Position numbers and translations under genes: made by a program. This document shows positions 1 to 12,537 of a DNA stretch of 64,000 bases, one piece after another. Under the pieces are notes generated by a model. The model was not told the origin of the DNA, did no database searches, and saw nothing but the letters and a program-made list of their open reading frames with translations. Source of the DNA: Octopus bimaculoides. Lineage: Eukaryota. Every line of letters starts with the position of its first letter. Position 1 is the stretch's first letter. The stretch covers positions 4,672,683-4,736,682 of the forward strand of contig NC_069000.1 of NCBI RefSeq assembly GCF_001194135.2, written 5' to 3'.

Positions 1-290
1 TATATATATATATATATATATATTTACATATATATGTATGATATAATATAATGTATGTAAGTAACGCACATTCATAAAATTTCGTGGTAGCTGTGTTTGT
101 GCGTAGATCCTTAACGATGTTTTACGCTTGCGCTTGTGTACACGACTGAAGATCAGCTCTCTACCGCTTTTTCTAGCATTGATATTTAGCCCTTTTCACC
201 CGAAATACTGCCTTTTAAATTAAAATAAAAGTGTAGAATAAAAGTAAATATCAGTAACGATATAATTATGTGTTTCAGTGTAATTATTTG

Positions 291-413
291 CTGGTGTGGT
301 TGTGTTTTAAGAAACATTCTCCCCTAGCACATGTTTTTGGGTTCAGTCACACTACGTAACAACTTGGTGAAGTGTTTTCTACTCTAGCCTCGGGCTGACC
401 GAAACCTTGTTAG
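291..413 (+). mobile_element. tRNA-derived SINE family B (CORE-like), decayed copy cut off by a gap
   Basis: ggtgtggttgtg...gggttcagtcacactacgtaacaacttggtgaagtgttttctactctagcctcgggctgaccgaaaccttgt aligns by eye with 63170-63318; A/B-box-like head. Confidence 0.65.
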
Positions 414-523
414 NNNNNNNNNNATATATACCGGAGTAAGCACATGGAATGTGCAACAAGGTGGAAAAAAGAGAACTCAAATACCATTTGTCAATATTTG
501 CTTGTGGGCTCCAGCAAACACCC

Positions 524-612
524 GAAAATTCTCCCTTATCAATCTACATCACTTTCAGATACTTCGTCTGAAAATTTCCCTCTCATCAATCCACATCTCT
601 TCGAGATACTTC
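524..612. repeat. Two-copy tandem duplication, period about 46 bp
   Basis: gaaaattctcccttatcaatctacatcactttcagatacttc (524-565) and gaaaatttccctctcatcaatccacatctcttcgagatacttc (570-612). Confidence 0.8.
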
Positions 613-1415
613 CCCATCCATCGCGAACATGTGAAATGTGGTCAACCAGCATGAAACGAGCAGGATCTCTAGAGAAGAGAATGCAGCACGCAGTTTGAAA
701 CTCGGAAAATCGAGCAAATAGTCTCTGTTCCTGCTTCGCAGGATTTAAAAGTAGCAAAAGAAATTGCCGTTCATCAATGAAATAAAATTGGAAGACGAAG
801 TATCAAATACAAAAAAAAAAAAATTATAATAAAATAAAATAAATAAAAATACTTGAACGAATAAACATAAACTTGACCTTGGTGCTCCAGTATGGCAGAA
901 ATCATTTGACTAAAACATTTCTAAAGTATAATAGAAGTCATAACAAATGTCTGAAATAAATCATGATATTACACGCTATATCATTGTTTTGCTAATATCA
1001 TTGAAATACCATTCAAATCACACCTCTCACAATGTGTACATATATNNNNNNNNNNNNNNNNNNNNNNNNNNNNNNNNNNNNNNNNNNNNNNNNNNNNNNN
1101 NNNNNNNNNNNNNNNNNNNNNNNNNNNNNNNNNNNNNNNNNNNNNNNNNNNNNNNNNNNNNNNNNNNNNNNNNNNNNNNNNNNNNNNNNNNNNNNNNNNN
1201 NNNNNNNNNNNNNNNNNNNNNNNNNNNNNNNNNNNNNNNNNNNNNNNNNNNNNNNNNNNNNNNNNNNNNNNNNNNNNNNNNNNNNNNNNNNNNNNNNNNN
1301 NNNNNNNNNNNNNNNNNNNNNNNNNNNNNNNNNNNNNNNNNNNNNNNNNNNNNNNNNNNNNNNNNNNNNNNNNNNNNNNNNNNNNNNNNNNNNNNNNNNN
1401 NNNNNNNNNNNNNNN

Positions 1416-1455
<40 letters not shown>

Positions 1456-3897
1456 TATGTAGTATCAGACAAACACGTTTAGTACTTAAATATATCATTT
1501 CAGGCTATTTTGAAATTCAATTTAATCCCTCAATTATGAATGACTCGAAATGTTTCTAGAAATGAGTTTTTTTAAGTGCATAAATCAATATCTCTCTCTC
1601 TCTCTCTTTTTCTGGTGAGTAGATTCTCCATTATTTATTTATTTATCTATTTTATTTATTCATTGAGATGATTGTTTATTTATTTGAATGTTTATTTATT
1701 TACTTCTTGTACATTTGGTTTCCTTCTTTGTTTATTGTTTTTTAAATGGAAATACATTTTCTTGGCATTAGCAATAATGATTCGCTTAATAACATGACAT
1801 ATAAGTACACTATGTGTGTGTGTATGTATTTACGTATATACATATACAGGTGCGTGTTTATTTATATTTTATGTATGTATACACACACCCACATTATATA
1901 CGCGTACTTATCGACGAATAAGATGGTGTTTCTCATTTTAAAATATAAAACAAAAAAAATGCCGTGTTGTGTCTAAAGATGCTGCATTACGGAACGAGGC
2001 TGTACGTTTTTATTCTAGGTATCGGGATAAGTACAAATCCGTTAGGTACATTAAACGTTACTAATCACAAAATATTAAAACAAGCCTAAATATCATAATC
2101 TGTTAACGTATCTCACCTCATTTGATGGTTGTGTTACCTTTAAGAAACATTTTTTTAATTATCTAATTGAAGACACTTCTAGAAACATGAAAGTAATGCT
2201 AATCTTTCATCTTCTAATCAGCTCTTTGCAATGCGTGGATTGCCAACAACACCATGGAGGTTGTGAATCATCATGGTGTCCGAATGCTGCAACACAAAAC
2301 GTCATAGTGAAAAAATGTTGACATCCTGTATATCAATTCTCTTGGCCACAGTAGTTACAAGTCTGCAGACAATCTGAACGAAAATGACACTCATATACGT
2401 CACGAGTCTAACGTAATTTCGTAGTTTACTATACATTTATTGTTTTCGTTCTTTATTCCTGTGTAGCGTCAGAATTTGTATTTTCGCCTGCAACTTCCAA
2501 ATATCTTTCAATAAGAGAGTGATAAAATATATCAATATACGTGTAAAATGGGGTTAAGTTTTATATGAACGTGCGCCTTATACAGCGTCAGATAGAGGTT
2601 ATACATACGTTTACATATTTTTCGCTCGCTGGTGATGTCCTGTACTTAATCTATATTTTTTCATTTATATATGTATATACATGCACACACACACATCCCT
2701 TATACACATGTAGTATATATATATACATATATACATACGTACATATATATATATATATATATATATANNNNNNNNNNNNNNNNNNNNNNNNNNNNNNNNN
2801 NNNNNNNNNNNNNNNNNNNNNNNNNNNNNNNNNNNNNNNNNNNNNNNNNNNNNNNNNNNNNNNNNNNNNNNNNNNNNNNNNNNNNNNNNNNNNNNNNNNN
2901 NNNNNNNNNNNNNNNNNNNNNNNNNNNNNNNNNNNNNNNNNNNNNNNNNNNNNNNNNNNNNNNNNNNNNNNNNNNNNNNNNNNNNNNNNNNNNNNNNNNN
3001 NNNNNNNNNNNNNNNNNNNNNNNNNNNNNNNNNNNNNNNNNNNNNNNNNNNNNNNNNNNNNNNNNNNNNNNNNNNNNNNNNNNNNNNNNNNNNNNNNNNN
3101 NNNNNNNNNNNNNNNNNNNNNNNNNNNNNNNNNNNNNNNNNNNNNNNNNNNNNNNNNNNNNNNNNNNNNNNNNNNNNNNNNNNNNNNNNNNNNNNNNNNN
3201 NNNNNNNNNNNNNNNNNNNNNNNNNNNNNNNNNNNNNNNNNNNNNNNNNNNNNNNNNNNNNNNNNNNNNNNNNNNNNNNNNNNNNNNNNNNNNNNNNNNN
3301 NNNNNNNNNNNNNNNNNNNTATATATATATATATATATGTATATACACACATACACATATGTGAGCGCGTCTATCTCCGCGCGTGTGTGCGTGTGTTGAT
3401 TTAAGTGTGTGTTGATTTTTGTGCGTATGAGTGCGTCTGTGTGTGAATATATACTGAAACATATTGATCGTTTTTTAACAAAATTTAGTTCAATCTTCCT
3501 TTGAAAAATTACCGAATGTCATGACTTGTCTATGTAAAGAAATAATTAGTTTTGTATATTGTTAATTATATATTGTAAATATTTAGTTAAATATATATGT
3601 CTATTTCTTTCTTTAGTATGTTTGTTGATTTTGTATTGAGATAAATCTATATTTACTTACTTTCATACTGTATATTATTTTTTGATTTTTAACTTAATCA
3701 GTTATCTTTTTTTTTTTGCAAATAAGTTTCTTTAATATTTTCCTGCTAAACGATACTATATTCAAAACGTGTTACAGTGTTTATTTTCACAACCCATCTT
3801 TTATATCAGCATTGGCTTTCTCTTTTTATCTTTTTTGTTTCTCTTCCCCCCCCCCACTCACAAACTGACATACAAACAATGCCATTTCCGTTCATTG

Positions 3898-3942
<45 letters not shown>

Positions 3943-3962
3943 ACAAAGGTAGATAAACACAG

Positions 3963-4358
3963 TTAGGCTTGAGACATATATTTACATGGATCGAAAAATA
4001 CAGGTTATAGAACAAAGAAAAAGAAATCAAAGCACGGAGAGGAAGATTATTTAAAATCTTATCTCGACAGCTGTATCTAGAGGGCTATAACTTACATAAT
4101 AATCGTATTTTCCACTCTGCTCTTAAAAAAGAGACGTCTAACTTATATTAATAATTTGTTTGGTACTTGTCACAAGACCCCCATCTATAGCAACCTACAC
4201 ATATAACTAATGAATATGATTATTACGGATGTTAGTGCCGTCTTGAAACAGGTGTCGAGATAACACCTTTACATAATCCTTTTCTGCTATTTCGATTTTT
4301 TTTCCATATTTTGTAGTCTGTAGTTTGTAATCCATATAAATTTATGTCTCAAGCCTAA
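3963..4358. mobile_element. Fold-back / MITE-like element with about 145-bp diverged inverted arms
   Basis: Left end ttaggcttgagacatatatttacatggat; reverse complement of right end ttaggcttgagacataaatttatatggat. Inner match ttatctcgacagctgt vs ttatctcgacacctgt. TA at both ends, no ORF. Confidence 0.75.
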
Positions 4359-5081
4359 TCGCTTTTATCTATCTTACTATTTTCATAACAACTCGATAAT
4401 GTTTGTTCTTATAGCTTATACCGAGACGGCAGAATTGGATGAAGAAGCTGGAATACAATTTCCCATCCATTTTTGCACTGCTCTGCGTTGTGTTATTTAT
4501 GCTGCACTTATTTTGCTTTCACCAACTGACATAGGCATGTATATTCATAAGTATATATATATACCTACGCATGTATATAGACATTTATATAGTACAAATA
4601 TATACATACATACGTACACAATGTATAGATACCTACCTACCTGCGTATCTCCACCCACATGTACATATACACACTTGAATATATATATATATATACACGC
4701 ATACACATATATGTGTTTGTGTATGTGTAAGAGTGTGTGCGTGTGTGCGTGTGCGCATGATTGTGTGTGTTTACATACATACTGCCATTAGAATGATTAA
4801 AAATGTCAGAATATCAGATATTTCATTTATCGGGAGTCCCTCATTCCTTTCAGGTAATGTTTGCTGTTTTTTTTTTATATAAACACACATACGCACACAT
4901 GCGTGCGCACATGCATAAGCGCGCACACATGAACACATTCAGAACCTCTAAAATATTAACATACGTCAGAATCGAAAGTAAATTTAATATTGACAAAAAA
5001 ACAAAAACAACTCGCTTCCCACGCAGTTTTACACCCATTATAAACGCAAATGTTTTCTCCACAGGGCAATGCAGAAACATA

Positions 5082-5113
<32 letters not shown>

Positions 5114-5122
5114 GCACACGTT

Positions 5123-5718
5123 CAGGGAGCGGTGAATAAACTCGTCTAATTTACTCAAAAATGAAAATGGCACTGACAGCGCATTTTTACAGATATATTT
5201 ACCAAAATTACATAAAAAATGTCTTGAAATACTGAAGAGTAAATTTATTTAATAAAATAACCATTCGCTTCAACCACGGCCTCTAGCCGACTTCGGAATC
5301 TCCTGCAACAATTCTGAACGGTCGCCTTGTTTAAATTGGTAAATGCTGCCATAATCCTTGCTTTCACTTCATCTTTGGTTTTACAAGGAGTTTTGTTGGT
5401 CTGTTACTCAAATACGCTCCACATATAATAATCAAAGGGGTTGCAGTCTCGGAAGTTAGGTTTCCAGATGTCAGGGGTGGTGAGGCTGCAGAAATTTTCT
5501 GACAGCCATAACTGGGCTCTTCTACTCATGTGGCACGTTGCCAGACATGGGGTCTTCCAGCATTCATCCTCTTGACCCAGAGCAGCACTACCTCCTCCAG
5601 GCACTTTGTGTAGGCTTCCGTGTTGAATCTGTGGCCGTGTGGGAAAATGATTGGAGGCATAACATCGCCATCACTAATGATCACTCCAAACACCGTGATG
5701 TTGACTGGGTGTTTGATT
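5123..5718 (-). mobile_element. Tc1/mariner (maT/DD37D-like) remnant: C-terminal transposase half plus 3' end
   Basis: Minus strand reads [60 protein letters not shown] / CHMSRRAQLWLSENFCSLTTPDIWKPNFRDCNPFDYYMWSVFE*QTNKTPCKTKDEVKARIMAAFTNLNKATVQNCCRRFRSRLEAVVEANG. A frameshifting deletion removes the QQDxAP motif. TIR-like cagggagcggtgaataaa at 5123. Confidence 0.85.
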
Positions 5719-5744
5719 TCTCTCTCTCTCTCTTTCTCTCTCTG

Positions 5745-5810
<66 letters not shown>
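5745..5810. repeat. (TCTA)n microsatellite
   Basis: Perfect tetranucleotide run; similar runs near 13445, 30460, 37875, 39380, 60870 and 61622. Confidence 0.95.
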
Positions 5811-5811
<1 letters not shown>

Positions 5812-6378
5812 GATTGCCTGCCTGTCTGTCTCTCTCTCTCTCTATCTGTCTATCTGTGTATCTATATCCATCCATCCATCTATCTATCTATCTATCTGCT
5901 CATTCATAAGCACCCACCCACGCACACACACACACCACACACACACATACACACACGCACCACACATACACACACACATACACACACAGACACACACAAA
6001 CACACATCACTGAACGTTTCACTATAAAACACCGTTTGCAAACATAACGAAACTGGAGAGATGCAAAAATAAAAAAAAAAACATATACATCGAAAAAAAA
6101 ACAACAACAAAAGCACGGAAAAGCAAAAAGAAAAGAAGCAGAGAATTCATGCAAGAGGGAAGTATGTCCATATGTCTATGGCAGTAAAACAATAAGCCAA
6201 AACAAAAAAGACCCCAAATAAAATAAGAACAAAAAAAAAAAAACGAAAACTCCACCAAAATATATTAAGCATTATATTACGTTTGGATTTCGAATACAGA
6301 AAGAATGGCAGAACATTTCAAACTTATCATCTACAAATATCAGAATCCACCATAGAAAGAAACAACCGCAACTGTTAC

Positions 6379-6438
6379 CTTTGGCGAAGTAGGACATCCA
6401 TAATGAAATTCGCTTGGAAGTAAATAACGAATATAAAA
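6379..6438 (-). other. Candidate 60-nt internal exon (unassigned)
   Basis: ttctcttttatag| acceptor and AAG|gtaaca donor. All three frames are open; one reads FIFVIYFQANFIMDVLLRQ. Confidence 0.25.
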
Positions 6439-6547
6439 CTATAAAAGAGAAAACATACCACCGCATAAACCATAACAAACGGACAATAAATGGAAGACGG
6501 GGGAAACCCAGAAAAAAGCATGTATCTATCTGCACCTATATCTAAAC

Positions 6548-6641
<94 letters not shown>

Positions 6642-6770
6642 GTACCTATGTACGTATATGTATCTATGTAGATATATGTATATGAATATCTATCCATCTA
6701 TCTATATATTTATATTCATATACATATATAAGCATATATATATGCAAATACACACATACATATGCACACG

Positions 6771-6830
<60 letters not shown>

Positions 6831-7089
6831 ATTGATAATAATACATATATACATTCATACATACACACACACACACACATATATGTATATATATATATAC
6901 ATATCCATATAAATATATACATTCATTCATACATATATACGTACATACCTACATACCTACACAGACACACATATATATATATCTATATAAATATATTACG
7001 TATATATATATAAGTTTTTTATATATACATACAAATATATATATGCATATATATATATATATANNNNNNNNNNNNNNNNNNNNNNNNNN

Positions 7090-7143
<54 letters not shown>

Positions 7144-8089
7144 CATATATATACATGTATGTTTGTGCTTCTGTCTGTATGAGTATATTTATGTTACAGA
7201 TTAGTATTCAGTAGTATAGAAGAACATGTAAGGAACTAATAAAAAACAACATGTACCACAGATGAAAGAATATCTCTTGTTTGGAAATTAAATTAGATAA
7301 GATATTCACTATTGATATGATAATGGAATAGAATCTGGTTCTTTGGTTATCTGGTTATTCGATTCTCAATGGAATAGCGCTGCAGAAAGAGGCTAATTCC
7401 TATCCAACATCGATGGTATAACTTCATAAACTAATCAACCTTGGTGACTATAGCAGTTGCCATTGTGTGTATCTTAGATCCATATCTAAGATACATGTGT
7501 CGTAGATACAAAGCTTAGATACGACCTCTGTGGAGCTACATGGAACTACATGATTTCCTAAACATGTAGTAGTAGATTCAGAAGGCATAGATGATGGGGA
7601 TGGTGCAGCGTGAAGTATATATAGAATTTTGGTTAAAAAAGTTTGCTGATATTTGTCAGCAGGAAACAATCGGTACCAGAGAAGTTGTAATAGAATTAAA
7701 AAAAAAAAAAACTGAAACAAACATATATTGAAAAAAAAAATGTGTATCCATCTCTATCTCTGAAGAATCGAGAGCTCACTCTTCCATTTAGTTAACAGCG
7801 TTTATCTCTCTCTCTCTTTCACTTTATANNNNNNNNNNNNNNNNNNNNNNNNNNNNNNNNNNNNNNNNNNNNNNNNNNNNNNNNNNNNNNNNNNNNNNNN
7901 NNNNNNNNNNNNNNNNNNNNNNNNNNNNNNNNNNNNNNNNNNNNNNNNNNNNNNNNNNNNNNNNNNNNNNNNNNNNNNNNNNNNNNNNNNNNNNNNNNNN
8001 NNNNNNNNNNNNNNNNNNNNNNNNNNNNNNNNNNNNNNNNNNNNNNNNNNNNNNNNNNNNNNNNNNNNNNNNNNNNNNNNNNNNNNNNN

Positions 8090-8209
8090 CAGTTTCCACT
8101 CATTTACTTCTAAAGTAGCTCGGAAAACTGAGAGCCAATGACTATTGAAAAGGCTGCAATACGCAACGAAAACTTTTAGTAAAAGTAAGAAGTAAATGAG
8201 TGGAAACTG
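8090..8209. repeat. 22-bp perfect inverted repeat around a 76-bp spacer (MITE-like; left end abuts a gap)
   Basis: cagtttccactcatttacttct (8090-8111) and agaagtaaatgagtggaaactg (8188-8209). Confidence 0.8.
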
Positions 8210-8244
8210 AACCGGTGCGTGTGTTAAATAATAAGGCATCATCT

Positions 8245-8450
8245 TGTGATGGTGGTGGATGTGGTGGTGGTGCTGTTGTTGTGGTTGTTGTGATGGTGGT
8301 GGTGGTGCTGTGATGGTGGCGGTGGTGCTGTGATGATGGTAGTGGTGGTGTGGTGCTGCTGCTCTTGTGATGGTGGTGGTGGTGCTGTTGCTGCTACGGT
8401 TGCTGTGATGGTGGTCGTAGTGGTGCTGGCGATGGTAGCAGCAGTTGTTA
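8245..8450. repeat. Degenerate (GGT/GAT/GCT)n trinucleotide tract
   Basis: Direct reading; source of the poly-H/T/P ORFs. Confidence 0.9.
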
Positions 8451-8852
8451 TGATTTTCATTTTTGTCGTACACTAAATAGGTCTTTACGTACAAAAGTAG
8501 AACTTGCAAGCGAACATTATAATGTGTTCACACTTCCACACACATTGACACATTCACACATTTGAAGAATCGTCCCCAAGGACAGTCAAGCCAACAGTGA
8601 AAACCTTTGAGAGAAGAAATGGCTCAGCCTCCTCCATGCAAAATGAAAGGTCTATAGAGACGTTATGTTGTCAGTTTTTATCTGTACGCCCGAGGGACAT
8701 GAACTGCTAGCAAAATGTAGACCGAATCCAATAGATTTCACTCGAATCGCTTTATCGTTTGTCAGTTATATTTTATCGTATCTTTAAGTTGTTTCAGCTT
8801 TAGACGAAGAATTCCATCGCATCGCTTTTTTTGTATATGTTTCTTTTTATGA

Positions 8853-8962
8853 GACTGGTATTTACTCCATCGGTGTCTTTTCTCGAGTCACCAAGTTAGG
8901 GAGACGTAAAAAAAGCAAACATCAGTTCTCAAGCATTGGTGGTAGACAAATAGAATACAAAC
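8853..8962. mobile_element. Interspersed repeat family C, diverged fragment
   Basis: ccaagttagggagacgtaaaaaagcaaacatcagttctcaagc resembles 39451-39540 and 13232-13400. Confidence 0.55.
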
Positions 8963-8986
8963 GCGAAGGCACACACTTAGAGTATC

Positions 8987-9200
8987 CTTTTCTACTCTAG
9001 GCACAAGGCCCGAAATTTGCGGGGAGGGAGACAGTCGATTACATCGACCCCAGTGCATAACTGGTACTTAATTTGTTGACCCCGAAAAGATGAAAGGCAA
9101 AGTCGACCGCGGCCGAATTCGGACTCAGAACGTAAAGAAAGACGAAATACCGCTAAGCATATCACCCGGCGTGCTAACGTTTCTCCCAGCTCGACGCCTT
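8987..9200 (-). mobile_element. tRNA-derived SINE family A, full length, tail type 1
   Basis: Reverse complement has head aaggcgtcgagctgggagaaacgttagcacgccggg, B-box-like gttctgagtccgaattc, core gtcgactttgcctttcatc...ggggtcaa and tail ggccttgtgcctagagtagaaaag. Confidence 0.9.
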
Positions 9201-9216
9201 TATATAATATATATTC

Positions 9217-9526
9217 GTTTCTACTCCAGGCACAAGAACCGAAATTTCTAGGAAGGTGGAGCCAGGCAATTAGATCGACCCCAGTACGTAACTGATACTT
9301 AATTTGTTGACCCCGAAAGGATGAAAGGCACGGTCGATCTCTGCGGAATTTGAACTCAGAACATGCAGACAGACGAAATACCGCTAAGCGTTATCATCCA
9401 GTGTGCTAATGTTTCTTATTTCTTTACTGCCCACAAGAGGTTACACACAAAGGGGACAAACAAGGACAGACAAACAGATTAAGTCGATTATATCAACCTC
9501 AGTGCCTTGTGCCTAGAGTAGAAAAG
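9217..9526 (-). mobile_element. Dimeric SINE A, 5'-truncated, with a short inverted tail piece at 9504-9526
   Basis: Junction gtgctaatgtttcttatt...gcccacaagagg...aggggacaaacaaggacagacaaa matches the one at about 52215-52290. Confidence 0.8.
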
Positions 9527-10788
9527 TATATTTAACAGCAGAGTATCACAGAGTATTGTATATTTTAATCTTCTTGTCTTGCTCAGAGTATTCCAACGAG
9601 TATCAAACGTTTCTCTTGAAGTCTAGTCCTGTTCCTTTGCTGAGTAGTGTTCCTACATTTACTCTGTATTGTAAAACGTGTTGTGAAGTTCTTTTATAAT
9701 TTAATCTCAAGTCATTTCTTCCCGTCGGCTCAAACATCAACGAAACACAAAAATGAACCTGGTGTCAGTTTTATATATTTCTTTTGGTAATTTTTTATTC
9801 CTCAAAAACCAAAGAAGAAAAATAAAATAAAAATAAATAAATACACTTGACACCAACTAAAACCAAAACCAAATTTTGCCTGCGAGCATTGAAATCGTAA
9901 GACTCTGCTATTTAATCTCGATGAACTTAACACCCCCAATTAAGATTAACTATCCAAAAGGCATTTGGGTTTAATTTCGTATTTTTGTTATCATCATTTC
10001 TGTCTTATGTTGTTGTTTTTTCTTCTGTCCTTTTAATTTGTATTTTTTTTTCTTATTGTTTATCTTTCAGAATAATTTTCTGATAGCTTTATCTGCTTGT
10101 CTGTTTATCTGTTGATTTTTTTTTTTTTTTTTTTTTTGGTTAGTATTTTTGTTATTGATGCTTAGCCAGAAGCTAGCCATCAAATAGAATAGGAGTGCAG
10201 CGCCCTCTGATCGAAAATGAACAGATCATGGCACTGCTGTTCCTCATATTACGACTACATTGTGTCCTTGAATCATTTTCCATATCTTTAAGACATCAAG
10301 GTGTGAATTGAGGTAAATTTGACTGTTAATTCCCGCAGCTCGAGTTAATAACAAGTGATTTTCACGTGAGGCTGAGCTGTTAATTGTACTGCGATATACC
10401 GCCAGTAAAACTTGAACGTGCAACGAGCAAACTACGAGCGAAATTGTTCCAGCAATGGCAAATCAGCCTTCATGTGTGTACAGGATGTGGGTAGAAGTAG
10501 GTTCACATTTACTGTTTATTCCAACACAAAATACACAGCATCTCGTTATCTGTCACGTTGTCCGTCGTTATTCTCAAAACTGAAAATTTTAAATAAGACT
10601 TTCGGCCTAGTCTTGCACCACATTGTGTAAAAATAACAAAAGGGTCAAAGGTTTTCTCCAGCCATAGGTTCATAAGGCCGGCTTCCTGGAGTCTGTAGCG
10701 TATGTGCTTTCCATCCGGAAATATATACTATTTACAAGTGCGTATCTGTATGTGTGTTTACATATATACACACAAATATATGCATTCG

Positions 10789-10823
<35 letters not shown>

Positions 10824-11614
10824 TTGTGCGTGTATGTATATGCATACAGACAGAGACGCACACGCGCATGTGTGCTTATATATATGTGTCTTTCTATATA
10901 TATCTACATGTATATATATGTTTACACACACATATATATATATATGTGTGTGTGTGTGTGGTTGTGTGTATATATATATATGTATGCATGTATGCTTCTC
11001 TATGTATATGTATGTAAACGTATACATACGCAAATACGTGCGCGTATATACATTACATATATTATTCATGCATCTAAAACATTTTAAAAATTAAAAGATT
11101 TCCACACACGCAGAGGATATCAAATAGTTTATTGTGGATCAATGTTTCACTGTTAGTAGGAAGGTAAAACAAAGCAGAAAACAACCACAAAAACGACAAC
11201 AACAACAATACCAACAAATCTCTGCTATCTGTCTGCTTATTGGTTGATCGCTTGGCTGGTTGGCTGTTCTGTCGGTTGGTGCGGTTCAGTTAGTTTTAGT
11301 TGTGTTTAGCTTATGTATCTTGTTATTATATTATATATGTTTGTTTCTTTGTTTGTACTAAAATGCCATAAACAAATACAGCAGCTATTTTCTGTAAAAC
11401 TTTTTATGAGTTTCATTCATGACAACCGTCAATTCGTTTGTTTGTTTTTCTGCCTATATTAATCTCTTATAGACACGAAACCTATTGATATACTACTAAT
11501 TTTATAATGTTTTGCAAAGCTATTGATTCAACTAAGATACTATTTTTTTCCTCCTTTATATAGTCCATACACGCTCTACCTCTTCTCCAGCTTTTCTCCT
11601 CTCCATATAACACA

Positions 11615-11656
<42 letters not shown>

Positions 11657-11822
11657 TTCTTCCTATCTCTCTCGGTTTGCGTCTCCATCTTTCTATTTCT
11701 CTCTCACTGTATTCCTATCTGTCAGTCTCTGGTTTTTCTCCATCCAACTCTGACATTCATATTAAATAAAGCATCAACAAGAACGGAAATACTAAAAGAC
11801 AATGTTCTTTCCATTGTTTTAG

Positions 11823-11953
11823 ATTTTTTATTACAAGCATCGCTTTATAGCTGTGGGTTTTCGGGCTATGGTAGCCAAGGGGCTATGGATATAAGCATAT
11901 GCCAATGGTCACTAGGGCATATGGCTTTGTTTTTGTACTTCTTTGTAAAGAAG
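11823..11953 (+). other. Candidate 131-nt exon (unassigned)
   Basis: ttctttccattgttttag| and AAG|gtacac. One open frame (phase 1 to 0): FLLQASLYSCGFSGYGSQGAMDISICQWSLGHMALFLYFFVKK. Confidence 0.3.
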
Positions 11954-12537
11954 GTACACTAAAAATAGACGCAGTTTATTGCAGTTATATAGCTTAGTAT
12001 TTTATTTATGTTTTATAGAAGGAGGTTCATGAAAGTACAACAAATACAGATAAATACATACATACATACATACATACATACATACGTACTTAAATACATA
12101 TGCATATATATAGATGTGTGCGTGTGTAGATATGTATATGTACACATATATACTTTTATACATACATACATATATATGTATGCATATATGAGTGAATATC
12201 TATGTAATGTGTATGTGTGTATATGTGTGTTGGTGTGTGTGATCGTATCAAAGACGTTTTCTATCAGACATTTTCAATGTAGCGTATACAGCAAAAATAT
12301 TTCCGCTTTTAATATAGCATGAATGGGCTATAACACACGTACATACATACATGCATACGTTCATACATGCATACATACATACATGCATGCGTACATACAT
12401 AAATACATACATTCATGCACATACACACATACAAGTAAGAGTAAGGTATTACACTCCATTCGAGAGTGAGACTCTAACTCGTGAGTTCAGATGCTATAGG
12501 AAGTATTCGGTTAATCCTTACTCATCTTCTCTCTCAG

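Noticed and set aside
2245-2282. Minus-strand tcacaacctccatgg resembling miR-67/307
   Set aside because: The seed lies in the loop of a 9-bp hairpin, not in a precursor arm.
2222-2325. SLQCVDCQQHHGGCESSWCP, Ly6/uPAR-like cysteine spacing after an acceptor
   Set aside because: The fifth cysteine is missing, a stop follows with no good donor, and no upstream signal-peptide exon is visible.
4438-4533. MKKLEYNFPSIFALLCVVLFMLHLFCFHQLT, signal-peptide-like short ORF
   Set aside because: It stops after 31 codons with no donor before the stop; hydrophobic ORFs arise easily in T-rich DNA.
7341-7375. tctttggttatct, matching the 5' half of miR-9
   Set aside because: The 3' half diverges and the seed region does not pair into a precursor hairpin.
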